Below, one piece after another: positions 44,781 to 55,048 of a DNA stretch of 64,000 nt. Made by a program: the position numbers and the translations under genes. The stretch comes from Gemmatimonadota bacterium (GTDB lineage Bacteria > Gemmatimonadota > Gemmatimonadetes > Gemmatimonadales > GWC2-71-9), in contig JBDHHK010000002.1 of assembly GCA_039589395.1 (NCBI GenBank), positions 1,337 to 65,336 of the forward strand, read 5' to 3'. The notes under the pieces were generated by a model, which was not told the DNA's origin, searched no databases, and saw only the letters and a program-made list of their open reading frames with translations. Each line of letters begins with the position of its first letter. Position 1 is the stretch's first letter.

Positions 44781-46547
44781 ATGCAGTTGACGGGAATCGA
44801 CTGGGCTGTAATTGCCTCTTATGGGATCGTGGTACTGGTTGTCGGCGTTCTGTTCGCCCGCAGAGCCGGAAAAGGCACGCACGAGTTCTTCCTTTCAGGT
44901 CGGAAGCTACCTTGGTGGGCACTTGGTACCTCGATGGTAGCCACGACATTTTCGACTGACACACCCAACCTCGTAACCGATCTCGTTCGCACCGGTGGAG
45001 TGAGCCAGAACTGGCTCTGGTGGGCATTCCTAATCACGGCAATGTGCACCGCTTTTTTCTACGCAAAGCTGTGGCGGCGATCAGGTGTGTTCACCGACGT
45101 TGGCTTCTACGAACTCCGCTATTCCGGAAAGCCAGCTGCGTTCTTGCGAGGATTCCGCGCGATCTATCTGGGCATCTTCTTCAATGTGATGATAATGGCC
45201 ACCGTGACCTTGGCAGCCATCAAAATCGGCGGTGTCCTTCTAGGTATCGACAAATACACAACGATCCTGATTGCCGGAACTGTAACGGTCATCTACTCGG
45301 CTACGTCAGGCCTATGGGGCGTCGTCGTGACCGATATGCTTCTTTTTGTGATCGCGATGATCGGGTCAATCTCAGCAGCACACTATGCTCTTGCGTTGCC
45401 AGAGGTGGGAGGGTTCGCCGGCTTGATTTCACATCCGGCGTTGGAAGGCAAGCTCTCGATGCTCCCAGATTTTTCTGACTGGCGGACTGCGGCCACGGTT
45501 CTGATCATTCCGATCGCCGTACAGTGGTGGAGCACCTGGTACCCTGGGTCAGAACCGGGTGGTGGCGGGTACGTCGCTCAACGCATCCTAGCGGCGCGGA
45601 GTGAAAAGGAATCGGTGGGGGCAACCCTACTATTCAACATCGCCCACTATGCACTTCGACCGTGGCCGTGGATCATCGTTGCGTTGGCTTCAATGATCGT
45701 GTACCCGAACCTGGGAACAATCGTCGAGCGGTTCCCACACCTGGATCCGTCGATCGTACGTCACGATCTCGCGTATCCTGCAATGCTGGTATTCCTGCCG
45801 CATGGGCTTCTCGGGCTGGTGGTCGCTTCACTGGCTGCGGCGTACATGTCCACGATCAGTACGCAGTTGAATTGGGGCTCCTCCTACGTAGTTGACGACG
45901 TCTACCGAAGGTTCATTGCGCCGGACAAGGACGAACATCACTACGTAACCGTGGGCAGGATGTCGACGATCGTGCTCATTGTCCTGGCCAGCGCGATCTC
46001 GTTATGGCTGGAAAACGCTTACCAGGCGTTTCAGATCCTGCTACAGATCGGCGCCGGTACCGGCTTGATCTTCCTACTTCGGTGGTTCTGGTGGAGAATC
46101 AATGCCTGGAGCGAGATCTCGGCGATGATCATCTCGTTCTGTGTCGCGGTGTACTTTCAGTTCATTCACGAAACGTTTGGATTCAACGCGCTCCATCCCT
46201 CGGTGATGCTAATATCAGGTATCGCCATGACCACCGTTGTATGGCTAGTGGTGACACTCCTGACGTCGCCCACAGATCGTGAGACCCTGCAGTCGTTCTA
46301 CGACAGAATCCATCCATTTGGACGAGGCTGGAGCAGCGTCGTGAACATCAAGCCAAGGGATAAGAACGAGAGCCTATCGGCCGCATTGTTGTGTTGGTTC
46401 CTGGGCTGTGTGGTGGTGTATGGAAGCCTATTCGGCACGGGGTTTTTCATCTACGGCGACGCGATGCCGGGAACGGGATGCACGCTGTTGGTTGGGCTGG
46501 CGGTTTGGGGACTGTTCAAGGCATTGCCGAGGGTCGGGTTCAGGTAG
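44781..46547 (+). CDS. Sodium:solute symporter (SSS)
   Basis: FFLSGRKLPWW..GTSMVATTF, GY.AQR, AAYMST. Confidence 0.92.
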   Translation: MQLTGIDWAVIASYGIVVLVVGVLFARRAGKGTHEFFLSGRKLPWWALGTSMVATTFSTDTPNLVTDLVRTGGVSQNWLWWAFLITAMCTAFFYAKLWRRSGVFTDVGFYELRYSGKPAAFLRGFRAIYLGIFFNVMIMATVTLAAIKIGGVLLGIDKYTTILIAGTVTVIYSATSGLWGVVVTDMLLFVIAMIGSISAAHYALALPEVGGFAGLISHPALEGKLSMLPDFSDWRTAATVLIIPIAVQWWSTWYPGSEPGGGGYVAQRILAARSEKESVGATLLFNIAHYALRPWPWIIVALASMIVYPNLGTIVERFPHLDPSIVRHDLAYPAMLVFLPHGLLGLVVASLAAAYMSTISTQLNWGSSYVVDDVYRRFIAPDKDEHHYVTVGRMSTIVLIVLASAISLWLENAYQAFQILLQIGAGTGLIFLLRWFWWRINAWSEISAMIISFCVAVYFQFIHETFGFNALHPSVMLISGIAMTTVVWLVVTLLTSPTDRETLQSFYDRIHPFGRGWSSVVNIKPRDKNESLSAALLCWFLGCVVVYGSLFGTGFFIYGDAMPGTGCTLLVGLAVWGLFKALPRVGFR

Positions 46548-46593
46548 GGATTGAAGCGCGAATATCCAATAACGAATTGGGATGCTTGGACGT

Positions 46594-47793
46594 TCAGAAT
46601 TCCCTCACACGTGCCCCACCGCCAGGGCGCGCTAGGAAAAGTGCATCACTGAGGTCGACTGCCAGGTCTCGCGTCGAATAGAACCGCTCCTTCAAGGCCG
46701 TTAGCACCTCGTCTACGGTTTGCATCGTGCACAGTGCTATGGCGCATCCCCCGAAGCCCGCTCCGGTGAGTCGAGCACCCTCCGCGCCAGCGTCGGTGGC
46801 AATCTCCACCAATTCGTCCAGTTCGGGACCACTCACCTCGAAGTTTTCGCGGAGGCTTCTATGCGATTCCGACATCAAGCGTCCAAACGTCTCGGTATCG
46901 CAGTCGCGCATCGCACGTTCTGCCCGCAACACGCGGACGGCTTCTGACACCACATGCATGAAGCGCTTATCGAGCGTCCCGTGGAGCGCTGTCTGTGCGG
47001 CTGTCAGGATTTGTTCAACCTGCACAGTTGCCAGCAGCTTGGGATAGGAATCCACTTCGTCAATCATCCCGAGCTCGCCAACCACCATCACCAACGCATC
47101 CCTGCACTGCCGGGTGCGCTGATTGTACGCTTCTTTCGCTGCACCAGATTTTTTGGCTTCAACTAAGCTGTTAGCGACAACGAATCGCCACTCGTCGGGT
47201 ACATAAGTGGTTTTGAGAGTAATTGGGTTGAACCCTATCTTGCTGGCGTGCCCCTCTTTAGCGGCGACGCATATAGCCTGATCCATGCCGCCGCCACGAG
47301 TTCCCACGTAGCGTTCTGAATCAGCCAACAGTTCCAAAAATTCACTTCGGGCCAAAGCGATTCCGTTTGACTCTACGAGTGCAAGGGCGGTGGCAACAAC
47401 GAGAGCTGAGGAGGAACTGAGACCTGCCGCTACTGGGATATCGGAGCGTAGCACAGCATCAAAACCGATCAGGTCGGGGATCACTTCAAATAGGCCCTGT
47501 GCTGCGGCCTTCACATAGTTGCCCCACTCACCTTCTGCGTATGGGGCAATCGACGATGACATTGTAAACTCGATCGGCTCATATCGTTCATCGAAGTTGT
47601 AGACCTTGATCACTTTTTCGCTACTTGCACGAATTGCCATGCTGATCCGGCGATCGAGCGCCATCGGAAACACAGCGAGCCCGTTGTAGTCAATATGTTC
47701 ACCGATCAAGTTGATGCGCCCAGGCGCGGTTACCATGTGGGTGGGGTCAGCAAACCCGTATTGCTTGTTGAAGACGCGCCTGAGGTCATCCAT
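46594..47793 (-). CDS. galK: Galactokinase
   Basis: APGRINLIGEHIDY, PVAAGLSSS, GGMDQ, GARLTGAGFGG. Confidence 0.92.
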   Translation of the reverse strand: MDDLRRVFNKQYGFADPTHMVTAPGRINLIGEHIDYNGLAVFPMALDRRISMAIRASSEKVIKVYNFDERYEPIEFTMSSSIAPYAEGEWGNYVKAAAQGLFEVIPDLIGFDAVLRSDIPVAAGLSSSSALVVATALALVESNGIALARSEFLELLADSERYVGTRGGGMDQAICVAAKEGHASKIGFNPITLKTTYVPDEWRFVVANSLVEAKKSGAAKEAYNQRTRQCRDALVMVVGELGMIDEVDSYPKLLATVQVEQILTAAQTALHGTLDKRFMHVVSEAVRVLRAERAMRDCDTETFGRLMSESHRSLRENFEVSGPELDELVEIATDAGAEGARLTGAGFGGCAIALCTMQTVDEVLTALKERFYSTRDLAVDLSDALFLARPGGGARVREF

Positions 47794-47883
47794 CTACTCT
47801 CCTCCGAGATGTTGCGCCATTTGGTTTCGTCGGAAGGATTACCGAATGGTGCGTCGGAAAGCTAGGTCGTGACCCTACCATCC

Positions 47884-47922
47884 GTTGGACGTTCGATGTT
47901 CCTTGTTGGAGGTTGGACGTTC
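47884..47922. repeat. Heptamer tandem repeat GTT(G/C)GA(C/T)
   Basis: GTTGGAC GTTCGAT GTTCCTT GTTGGAG GTTGGAC GTTC. Confidence 0.8.
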
Positions 47923-47985
47923 ACCCGTCATCATTCCTGACACCGAAATGGTGCAGCGGATCGACCGGATTGAAGGGATAGGACA

Positions 47986-49929
47986 ATGACCGAAGAAGTG
48001 CGCTCAGAATTAGGAACAGAACCCTCCTCCCGCCCCCTGCCGAGCACGATTGGGACGCTAGAAGGATCGCGAAAACTCGAGCGGGTACCGACCGTGATCG
48101 TGATCGATCACAGTGATCTTGCGATGCTTCTAGCGCACCGAGTGATCGAAGCAATTGAACGCGAGACGGCAAAGAAGGGCCATTGCGTGCTTGGACTGGC
48201 CACCGGCAGCACCCCAATAGGGATCTATCGTGAGTTGATCCGCAGGTATCAAAGAGGAGAAGTGGACTTCTCGAACGTCATTACCTTCAATCTCGACGAG
48301 TACTTCCCGATGGCGCCGGACAGCATCCACAGCTATCGGCGCTACATGATGGAAAACCTCTTCTCGCATGTGAATATCGATCCGGCGAATATCCAAATTC
48401 CCAACGGCAACCTCGATAGAAAGAACCTGAGCGCCCACTGCGAAGAGTACGAAGAAGCGATACGAGCAGCGGGAGGGATCGACTTCCAAATACTCGGCAT
48501 CGGTCGGTCGGGACACATCGGCTTCAACGAGCCCGGTTCATCACCGGATTCACGCACCGGCTTGATCACGCTCGACACGGTTACTAGAAGGGATGCCGCG
48601 GCGGACTTCTTTGGCGAATCGAACGTGCCAATCGAAGCAATCACTATGGGCATCGCAACGATTCTCGAGTCGCGCCGGATCGCTCTGGTAGCAACTGGTG
48701 AACATAAGGCGGAGATCGTCAAACGCGCTGTTGAGGGTGAAATATCACCCGACGTCTCGGCCACCTATTTGCAAGAACACTCTGCCGCCACCGTGTATCT
48801 GGACCCCCCGGCGGCCGCCGAATTGACGCGGGTAAAAACACCCTGGGTACTCCAGAGTGTTAAGTGGTCACCTCCAGTTACAGAACGAGCAGTTGTATGG
48901 CTAGCTGAGCGGAGTGATAAGGCGATTCTCAAACTTTCTTCCGCTGACTACCGTGACAACCATCTGAGCCCGCTTCTCGCCAAGTACACGAAGTCCGGCC
49001 AAATAAACGGGGAGATATTCAACAGGCTCACTCGGAAGATCCGTGGCCGAAACAAACTAGCCAAAGGCAAGCGCGCGCTCGTGTTTTCGCCTCACCCCGA
49101 TGATGACGTGATCTCCATGGGTGGTGTCCTTAGAAAGCTCTGGGAGAACGAAAACGAGATTACCGTTGCATATATGACGAGCGGAAACATCGCGGTTTTC
49201 GATCACGATGTTTGCAGGCACCTCAGCTTTGTGGAACGCGCAGCAGACGTACTTGGCCTGGACAAACAGCAGGCCGGCGTCAAACGACACGAGATCGAGG
49301 ACCGGTTCAAGGACAAAAAACCAGGTGAGGTGGACTCGGAGACAGCTTTGAGCGTAAAAAGGTTCATTCGCGAATCGGAGGCGATCTCGGCGATTGCGTC
49401 TCTTGGGCTCCCACCATCTGCTGCGTGTTTTTTGAACCTCCCGTTTTATCGAACTGGCGAAGTACGCAAGCGCCCAATCGACGAAGAGGATATCGAGATT
49501 ATCCACTCGCTGATCGAAGAGAAACGCCCAGAGATCGTGTTCGCGGCGGGAGACTTGTCGGACCCTCATGGCACACACCGGGTCTGCAAGGAAGCGGTCG
49601 AAAGGGCCCTAGCCAGATACGGCGGCGATCGACCCGAGGTCTGGTATTACCGCGGTTCTTGGCAGGAGTGGTCGATTGTGGACGCAGACGTGTTGGTGCC
49701 TCTCTCTCAAGAAGAGCTGAGAGCGAAGATACTTGCGATCTTCAAACATCAGTCACAAAAAGACGTTGCGCTGTTTCCCGGTGGGCAAGATGATCGTGAG
49801 TTCTGGGAGAGGGTAGAGGCGCGAAACCTCGAAACTGCGGCAGGAGCGGACAGGCTGGGCCTGGCCGAATACTATGCAATGGAGGCGTACAAGGTCGAGC
49901 TGCCCGGGTCTGATCGACCAGCGTTTTAG
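47986..49929 (+). CDS. nagB: Glucosamine-6-phosphate deaminase, long form fused to PIG-L/LmbE-like domain
   Basis: LGLATGSTP, FNLDEY, GIG.SGHIGFNEPG; C-terminal SPHPDDD, DPHGTH, HQSQ. Confidence 0.92.
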   Translation: MTEEVRSELGTEPSSRPLPSTIGTLEGSRKLERVPTVIVIDHSDLAMLLAHRVIEAIERETAKKGHCVLGLATGSTPIGIYRELIRRYQRGEVDFSNVITFNLDEYFPMAPDSIHSYRRYMMENLFSHVNIDPANIQIPNGNLDRKNLSAHCEEYEEAIRAAGGIDFQILGIGRSGHIGFNEPGSSPDSRTGLITLDTVTRRDAAADFFGESNVPIEAITMGIATILESRRIALVATGEHKAEIVKRAVEGEISPDVSATYLQEHSAATVYLDPPAAAELTRVKTPWVLQSVKWSPPVTERAVVWLAERSDKAILKLSSADYRDNHLSPLLAKYTKSGQINGEIFNRLTRKIRGRNKLAKGKRALVFSPHPDDDVISMGGVLRKLWENENEITVAYMTSGNIAVFDHDVCRHLSFVERAADVLGLDKQQAGVKRHEIEDRFKDKKPGEVDSETALSVKRFIRESEAISAIASLGLPPSAACFLNLPFYRTGEVRKRPIDEEDIEIIHSLIEEKRPEIVFAAGDLSDPHGTHRVCKEAVERALARYGGDRPEVWYYRGSWQEWSIVDADVLVPLSQEELRAKILAIFKHQSQKDVALFPGGQDDREFWERVEARNLETAAGADRLGLAEYYAMEAYKVELPGSDRPAF

Positions 49930-51005
49930 CTAACTGCCGTTCGCTTGACCTTGATAAGCTCCGCGATAACAGAAACAGCTATCTCAGCCGGTGTGTCCGC
50001 GCCGATGTCGAGACCGATCGGGGTCCTAACTCGGGCCAATGCATCTTCTTGTACACCGGCTGCTTCCAACGCCCTGAAGATCACCGCGCGTTTGCGCTTG
50101 CTCCCCAACATGCCGATGTACTTCGCCGGTGATTCCGCAATGTGTTCGACGATTAACGCGTCGAAGTTGTGTCCGCGGGTCGTGGCCAACAGATAGTCGT
50201 CCTCATCGAACGACAGCTCGTCGAACATCGTCCGAAAATCTTCCACGCGGACCTCGTTCGCCCAAGGTATCCGCTGCGGATTCGCAAATTCTTCGCGGTC
50301 GTCGTATACAACCACGTGAAAACCAACCGCGCTCGCTATCTTGGCGATTTCCACACCCACATGTCCCGCACCGAAGATCACCACTCTTGGCTCGCGCGCT
50401 ATCGACTCGATCAACACGCCGGCCTCTTCATCAAAATAGGTCGAGCGTCCACGACTCGCGGCTTTCTCAGAGGAAACAGGAATTTCGAAATCACCTACCT
50501 TGAGCACCTTGTCACTGTCTCCCTGCCCTCCTGCACCTCTACTATCTTGCGGCCCCCCCCTCGCGCCAAACGTCACTGCCTTTTTCGGCTCCTTTGCCCA
50601 ATCGACGTCTGTAAACACAAACACAGGCACCCGGTCAGCGATCGCTGATGCCACCCGAGCATACAGCTCGAGCATTTGCTCTTCGGCCACTATCGGCTCT
50701 AGAAAGAACTCAGCTGTGCCTCCACAGGATAGTCCGAGGTCACCTGCTGAATCCGCCGTCAAGGTGTGGCTGACGAATCTGGGTTCACCAGACTCTGCCA
50801 CCTCGAGCGAAGCCTGGACAACGTCTGCCTCGATGCATCCGCCTCCGATGGTGCCCCACAAACGCCCGTCAATCGACACAACCATCTTCGCGTCGCTCGC
50901 CATCGGGCAAGATCCACGCTGACGCGATACGGATGCTATCGCGCCTGCGACCCCGGAATCGGCCAGCAGACGAGCGGAATCCCAAACTGCGTGTCGGTCG
51001 TCCAT
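49926..51005 (-). CDS. xdhC: XdhC/CoxI family molybdenum hydroxylase maturation factor
   Basis: GTIGGGC.E, CGG, FGAGHV, YIGMLGSKRK, PIGLDIGADTPAEIAVS. Confidence 0.9.
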   Translation of the reverse strand: MDDRHAVWDSARLLADSGVAGAIASVSRQRGSCPMASDAKMVVSIDGRLWGTIGGGCIEADVVQASLEVAESGEPRFVSHTLTADSAGDLGLSCGGTAEFFLEPIVAEEQMLELYARVASAIADRVPVFVFTDVDWAKEPKKAVTFGARGGPQDSRGAGGQGDSDKVLKVGDFEIPVSSEKAASRGRSTYFDEEAGVLIESIAREPRVVIFGAGHVGVEIAKIASAVGFHVVVYDDREEFANPQRIPWANEVRVEDFRTMFDELSFDEDDYLLATTRGHNFDALIVEHIAESPAKYIGMLGSKRKRAVIFRALEAAGVQEDALARVRTPIGLDIGADTPAEIAVSVIAELIKVKRTAVS

Positions 51006-51045
51006 TGCTAGAAGCTACTGTAGGAGTCGGCGGAGGGGCAGAGGG

Positions 51046-51828
51046 TTACGGACGGTGTAGCCACCGCGCGAGGTTGCCACCTATCAGTAGCGCACGGTCG
51101 TCCTCGCTGATATCGGTCAAATCGAGTTTGGCGATCGCGGCATCAGGGATCCTGAGAGGCATGCCCGTGCCCAGCGTGAATCGTTCGATCCCAACGGTCT
51201 CCAACAACAGGTTCAGGTGGTTCTCCGGAGAACCCCACACCCAAGAGAAATCCCAGAGCAGCCGCGCCGCCTCTCCTGGCGTCAGTCCGAAGTGAACCTC
51301 TTCGATCCAGCTACGGTCTGCATTGGTGACAATGAAGCGCGCTTCTGTATCAGATCGAATCAGGGTCCGTAGAGCCGCAGCTGGCAGGTCAGCCGTGGAG
51401 TCTGCCGGGTAGCGTTGGCGAAGATCTTCAAACCTCACCGTGAATAGCAGTGGCAAGCCAACCGACCCAGCGGCGGCAACCAAGACCCGCATATCACCAC
51501 CGCTTGGATCCAAACCCAGGTGCATTGGATAGGCCCTGATAGCGCCGGCACCGAGCTCCGCCGCGTAGTTGAGTTCATCCTCCCAATTCGGGAGATTGGG
51601 ATGGACCGTCAGAACCGGCACCAGGCGGTCGCGGTGAGCCGCGATAGATGTTTCGAGTCTGGAGTTCGCGGGAGCAGGATCGCGGTACAGAAATGATGGC
51701 AGGTGTCCTACCCAGGCCGACTCGATGCCCAGCCGATCCATTTGTGACAGCAGCCATGTTGGGGTCGCTGCATCAATGCAGCGATACGGGTAATCGCCAA
51801 CAAACGCCGATACGTCGGTAACGGTCAC
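51046..51828 (-). CDS. Amidohydrolase-2-like TIM-barrel protein with degenerate metal ligands
   Basis: MDRLGI, ERFTLGTGMP, LIGGN.ARWL; N-terminal DxHxH replaced by DVSAF. Confidence 0.65.
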   Translation of the reverse strand: MTVTDVSAFVGDYPYRCIDAATPTWLLSQMDRLGIESAWVGHLPSFLYRDPAPANSRLETSIAAHRDRLVPVLTVHPNLPNWEDELNYAAELGAGAIRAYPMHLGLDPSGGDMRVLVAAAGSVGLPLLFTVRFEDLRQRYPADSTADLPAAALRTLIRSDTEARFIVTNADRSWIEEVHFGLTPGEAARLLWDFSWVWGSPENHLNLLLETVGIERFTLGTGMPLRIPDAAIAKLDLTDISEDDRALLIGGNLARWLHRP

Positions 51829-51914
51829 GGACTACAGCCTCCGTTGAGCAGCGCAAGGCCCAGCACGGCGCCCTGCAAAGCACCCAACAATGCAAGAACG
51901 GTGAGCGCACTCAT
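51825..51914 (-). CDS. Possible 29 aa hydrophobic peptide (MSALTVLALLGALQGAVLGLALLNGGCSP)
   Basis: ATG to TGA, GTGA overlap with downstream start; not in ORF track. Confidence 0.35.
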   Translation of the reverse strand: MSALTVLALLGALQGAVLGLALLNGGCSP

Positions 51915-51929
51915 CTCAGCAAGAATATG

Positions 51930-53489
51930 CTAGCGTCCAGAACTCACGACACGCAGGCTGTAGTCTCCCAAGCTGGACATGCTGTGCGCGCTCGTGACAA
52001 TGCGGTATGTCCCGTCTTCGGGCAGGGTGAGAGTTAGCCGCGAGTCGAGGCCATCACCGCCGTCGTCGTTGGTGCGCGGCTCGATCAGGCCCGGACCAAC
52101 GACGTAGAGATAACTGTCAAAGTCATCGGACATGAGATCGATCGTGTAGGTTTCGCCGCGTCGACCCGCTAGAGCCCAAACCTGTCCAATACGACCGTCG
52201 TCGACAATCGGATCCGAATCGGACAGCCAGCCGCTCATTGTACCACCGATCTCTACAACTCGGTCGTCGGTGGGTAGATCGTTCATTCCAACTGATTCCT
52301 CTACCCGGATGGCGTACGGTCCCTCGCCCGTGCTCAATGCGGACACAATCACAAGGTAGGTGCCATCCATCGGGAACGTAAAAGTGATTCTCGAGTCGAG
52401 ATTGCCGGCACCATCGTCGTCGGTGATGGGATCAGATAGACCCGGACCTATCAGATACAGGAAGCAATCAAATTCCTCGGAGGTGAGCTCAATCGTGAGC
52501 GTGGTACCCTGCTGCCCTTCCAGTGCCCACGCCTGGCCTCTACGTCCTGACTCGACCACAGGATCGCTGGAAGTGAGAGAGCCGCGTGCTTCTTCGCCAA
52601 CACTGAGAATCCGACCTGCCGTAGGCAGGTCGCGCATATCTGTTGGCTCTTCCACGCGGAGGGAATACGCGCCGGTGGAGCCTCCACTAAGAGTACTCGC
52701 TACCACGACATAAGTGCCGTCTTCAGGAAACGACAAGGTCAGCTGCGAATCTAGGTCTCCTGCGCCGTCGTCGTCGGAAAGAACCTCACCGAGTCCGGGG
52801 CCAACTATGTAGAGGTAACAATCAAAGTCTTCGGAAACGAGAGTGACGGTGACCGATTCGCCTGCCTGCCCGTCCAGATGCCATGCTTCGGCCTTCTTAG
52901 AATCCGGGCCGATCGCCGGGCTGGATGCAGTAAGAGATCCATACACCTCGTCGCCTAGAGCCACGGTACGCCCGTCAATGGGTAAGTCCAGAAGAACCGC
53001 TGGGTTCATCCCTCCACACGGATATCCCGCAGTCGGCCCTGGTGTCTCCGATACTCGCAACACGTAGGGGCCAGTCTCGCGCTGCCCGTTTGAACTGGCA
53101 ACTACGCGAAATGTTCCGGTCTCCAGAAACGTAAGAGTGAGACGCGCGTAACAAGCTCCGCCCGAATCATCGTCGCTGAGGGTTTGTTCGAATCCGGGAC
53201 CTGAAACGTAAATGAACGGATCAAAGTCGTCTGCGATAAGATCGATGGTTACCGACTCGCCGGGCCGGCCATCAATGGTCCATGCCTCCATATACGAGTC
53301 GTCTGGAGCCCGGATGTCCGAGCTAGAGAGTGCACTGGTCACCTCAGTCCCAACGGTCAGATCGCCCTCGACAGCAATCAACTCCAGCACCGACCCCAAG
53401 CGCTGGGCGCGCACGGCAACCGATGGAAAGATGAGACATAGAACGGCTGTCGCAGCGATGTACGAAGAACTACGTGCGGTAGCGCGCAT
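51930..53489 (-). CDS. Exported protein of four PPC-like (pre-peptidase C-terminal) repeats, no catalytic domain
   Basis: Four copies of W...G..G...TI.L.S.DFD.YLY..GPG....DDD. Confidence 0.8.
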   Translation of the reverse strand: MRATARSSSYIAATAVLCLIFPSVAVRAQRLGSVLELIAVEGDLTVGTEVTSALSSSDIRAPDDSYMEAWTIDGRPGESVTIDLIADDFDPFIYVSGPGFEQTLSDDDSGGACYARLTLTFLETGTFRVVASSNGQRETGPYVLRVSETPGPTAGYPCGGMNPAVLLDLPIDGRTVALGDEVYGSLTASSPAIGPDSKKAEAWHLDGQAGESVTVTLVSEDFDCYLYIVGPGLGEVLSDDDGAGDLDSQLTLSFPEDGTYVVVASTLSGGSTGAYSLRVEEPTDMRDLPTAGRILSVGEEARGSLTSSDPVVESGRRGQAWALEGQQGTTLTIELTSEEFDCFLYLIGPGLSDPITDDDGAGNLDSRITFTFPMDGTYLVIVSALSTGEGPYAIRVEESVGMNDLPTDDRVVEIGGTMSGWLSDSDPIVDDGRIGQVWALAGRRGETYTIDLMSDDFDSYLYVVGPGLIEPRTNDDGGDGLDSRLTLTLPEDGTYRIVTSAHSMSSLGDYSLRVVSSGR

Positions 53490-54215
53490 GAAAATCACCT
53501 CGAGAACGACCTGTAGTGCACCATAAACAGCCAACACGGCTTCGGGATCGAGCAAGCCCGGAAGGGATGGGCACGCTCTTCCAGCAATCTACGGAGCCCG
53601 CGATAGAGCGGCAATGACAAACAAAGCCGCGGCAATTCACCTGTCCGTGAATCGTAGAACGATTCCAAACTTCGTGATTTGATTTTACCGAGTCCCGCTA
53701 TGTCGTTGACCACAAGTTTCTTTCTCGCTCCCCTGTGGTGCGTCACAGCACCGAAAGCGCCCGCACCAACCCCACCCCACTACGGGCTCCCGAGCACTAT
53801 GATGACTTCTTCGAACTCATCGAGGATCCCGACAGAGCACGACGCTATATGAGTGGGGCCTGCAGACGCATTTGATCATGTAAACGCCTCTCCATATCCC
53901 ACCCATATCTTGTGCCACTTCCCACTTCAGACTAAATTGTGGTAAGAAAGTACTAGTTTGACTAATATCTTCAACAAACTTGCTCGACTCCGTCGGGCGC
54001 AGAAGGACGAGGAACATAGATGTCCAGCATCACACGCCACGAGCCAACGCCCAACAGTCGCGAAATTGCTAGTAGGAACGAAGCGGTGCCGGATCGTGAA
54101 AAGTTGCGCGCGTGGTTCACAGCCACTCTGGCCATACGAACAGACTACTCGGATATGAAGGCCGAGGCTGTAAGAGAGTTTCACGACCAACCCATGCTGA
54201 GCGAGGTATAGAAGA

Positions 54216-54983
54216 GTGGCGTTGCGGAAGATCGTCTATATCGACGAAGAAAAATGCGATGGGTGTGGTATCTGCATTCCGTCGTGCGCCGAGGGCGCAC
54301 TGCAGGTGATCGACGGAAAAGCGAAACTGCTGGGTGAAAAGTTGTGTGACGGTTTGGGAGCGTGTCTTGGCGAGTGTCCGCAGGATGCAATCACTGTCGA
54401 AGCACGTGAAGCTGATGATTTTGATGAAGAGGCTGTGAAGGTTCACCTTGGAAAGCAAGGAGCAGGTCAAGCGACGGAACAGGCCGAGTCCACACCGACC
54501 CCCATTTTTGGAGCAGGTGGCGGATGCCCGGGCGCTCGTGTACTGCAGTTCGATCGCAGTACCGATAGAGTTTCTTCAGCCAGCGAGGTACCGGTCCAAA
54601 AGACACAACTGCGACAGTGGCCAGTGCAGATGCACCTTTTACCTCCCACGGCGCCCTTCCTCGAGGGAGCGGATGTTTTGCTTGCTGCCGACTGTTCGGC
54701 TTTCGCACTCGGGAACTTCCATGACAAGCATTTAAAGGGCCGAGCTCTTGCGATTGCCTGCCCGAAGCTGGATCAAGGGCAAGAAATGTATCTTGCAAAG
54801 CTGATCACGATGATCGATGAGGCTAGGATCAACACCCTGAATGTCATGACCATGGAGGTGCCGTGTTGTAGCGGTTTGGTCGGCCTTGCCAAGGAAGCCG
54901 CGTCTCGAGCGTCGCGCAAGGTACCGGTCAGACAGACAGTGGTCGGAGTGCGCGGGGACATTCTCGCAGACGAGTGGGTCTAG
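54216..54983 (+). CDS. 4Fe-4S dicluster ferredoxin-domain protein (type often linked to hcp)
   Basis: CDGCGICIPSC, CDGLGACLGECP, GGCPG, L.QWPVQ, AADC, CPKLD, MEVPCC. Confidence 0.88.
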   Translation: MALRKIVYIDEEKCDGCGICIPSCAEGALQVIDGKAKLLGEKLCDGLGACLGECPQDAITVEAREADDFDEEAVKVHLGKQGAGQATEQAESTPTPIFGAGGGCPGARVLQFDRSTDRVSSASEVPVQKTQLRQWPVQMHLLPPTAPFLEGADVLLAADCSAFALGNFHDKHLKGRALAIACPKLDQGQEMYLAKLITMIDEARINTLNVMTMEVPCCSGLVGLAKEAASRASRKVPVRQTVVGVRGDILADEWV

Positions 54984-55048
54984 CGCAGACGTCCCTGTCC
55001 AAAGTATCCTACTGGGGCAGGAATGCGCATATGAAATAGGGAGAAGGC

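Noticed and set aside
50553-50560. Homopolymer C tract as phase-variation switch in xdhC
   Set aside because: Short, in frame, and unremarkable at this GC content
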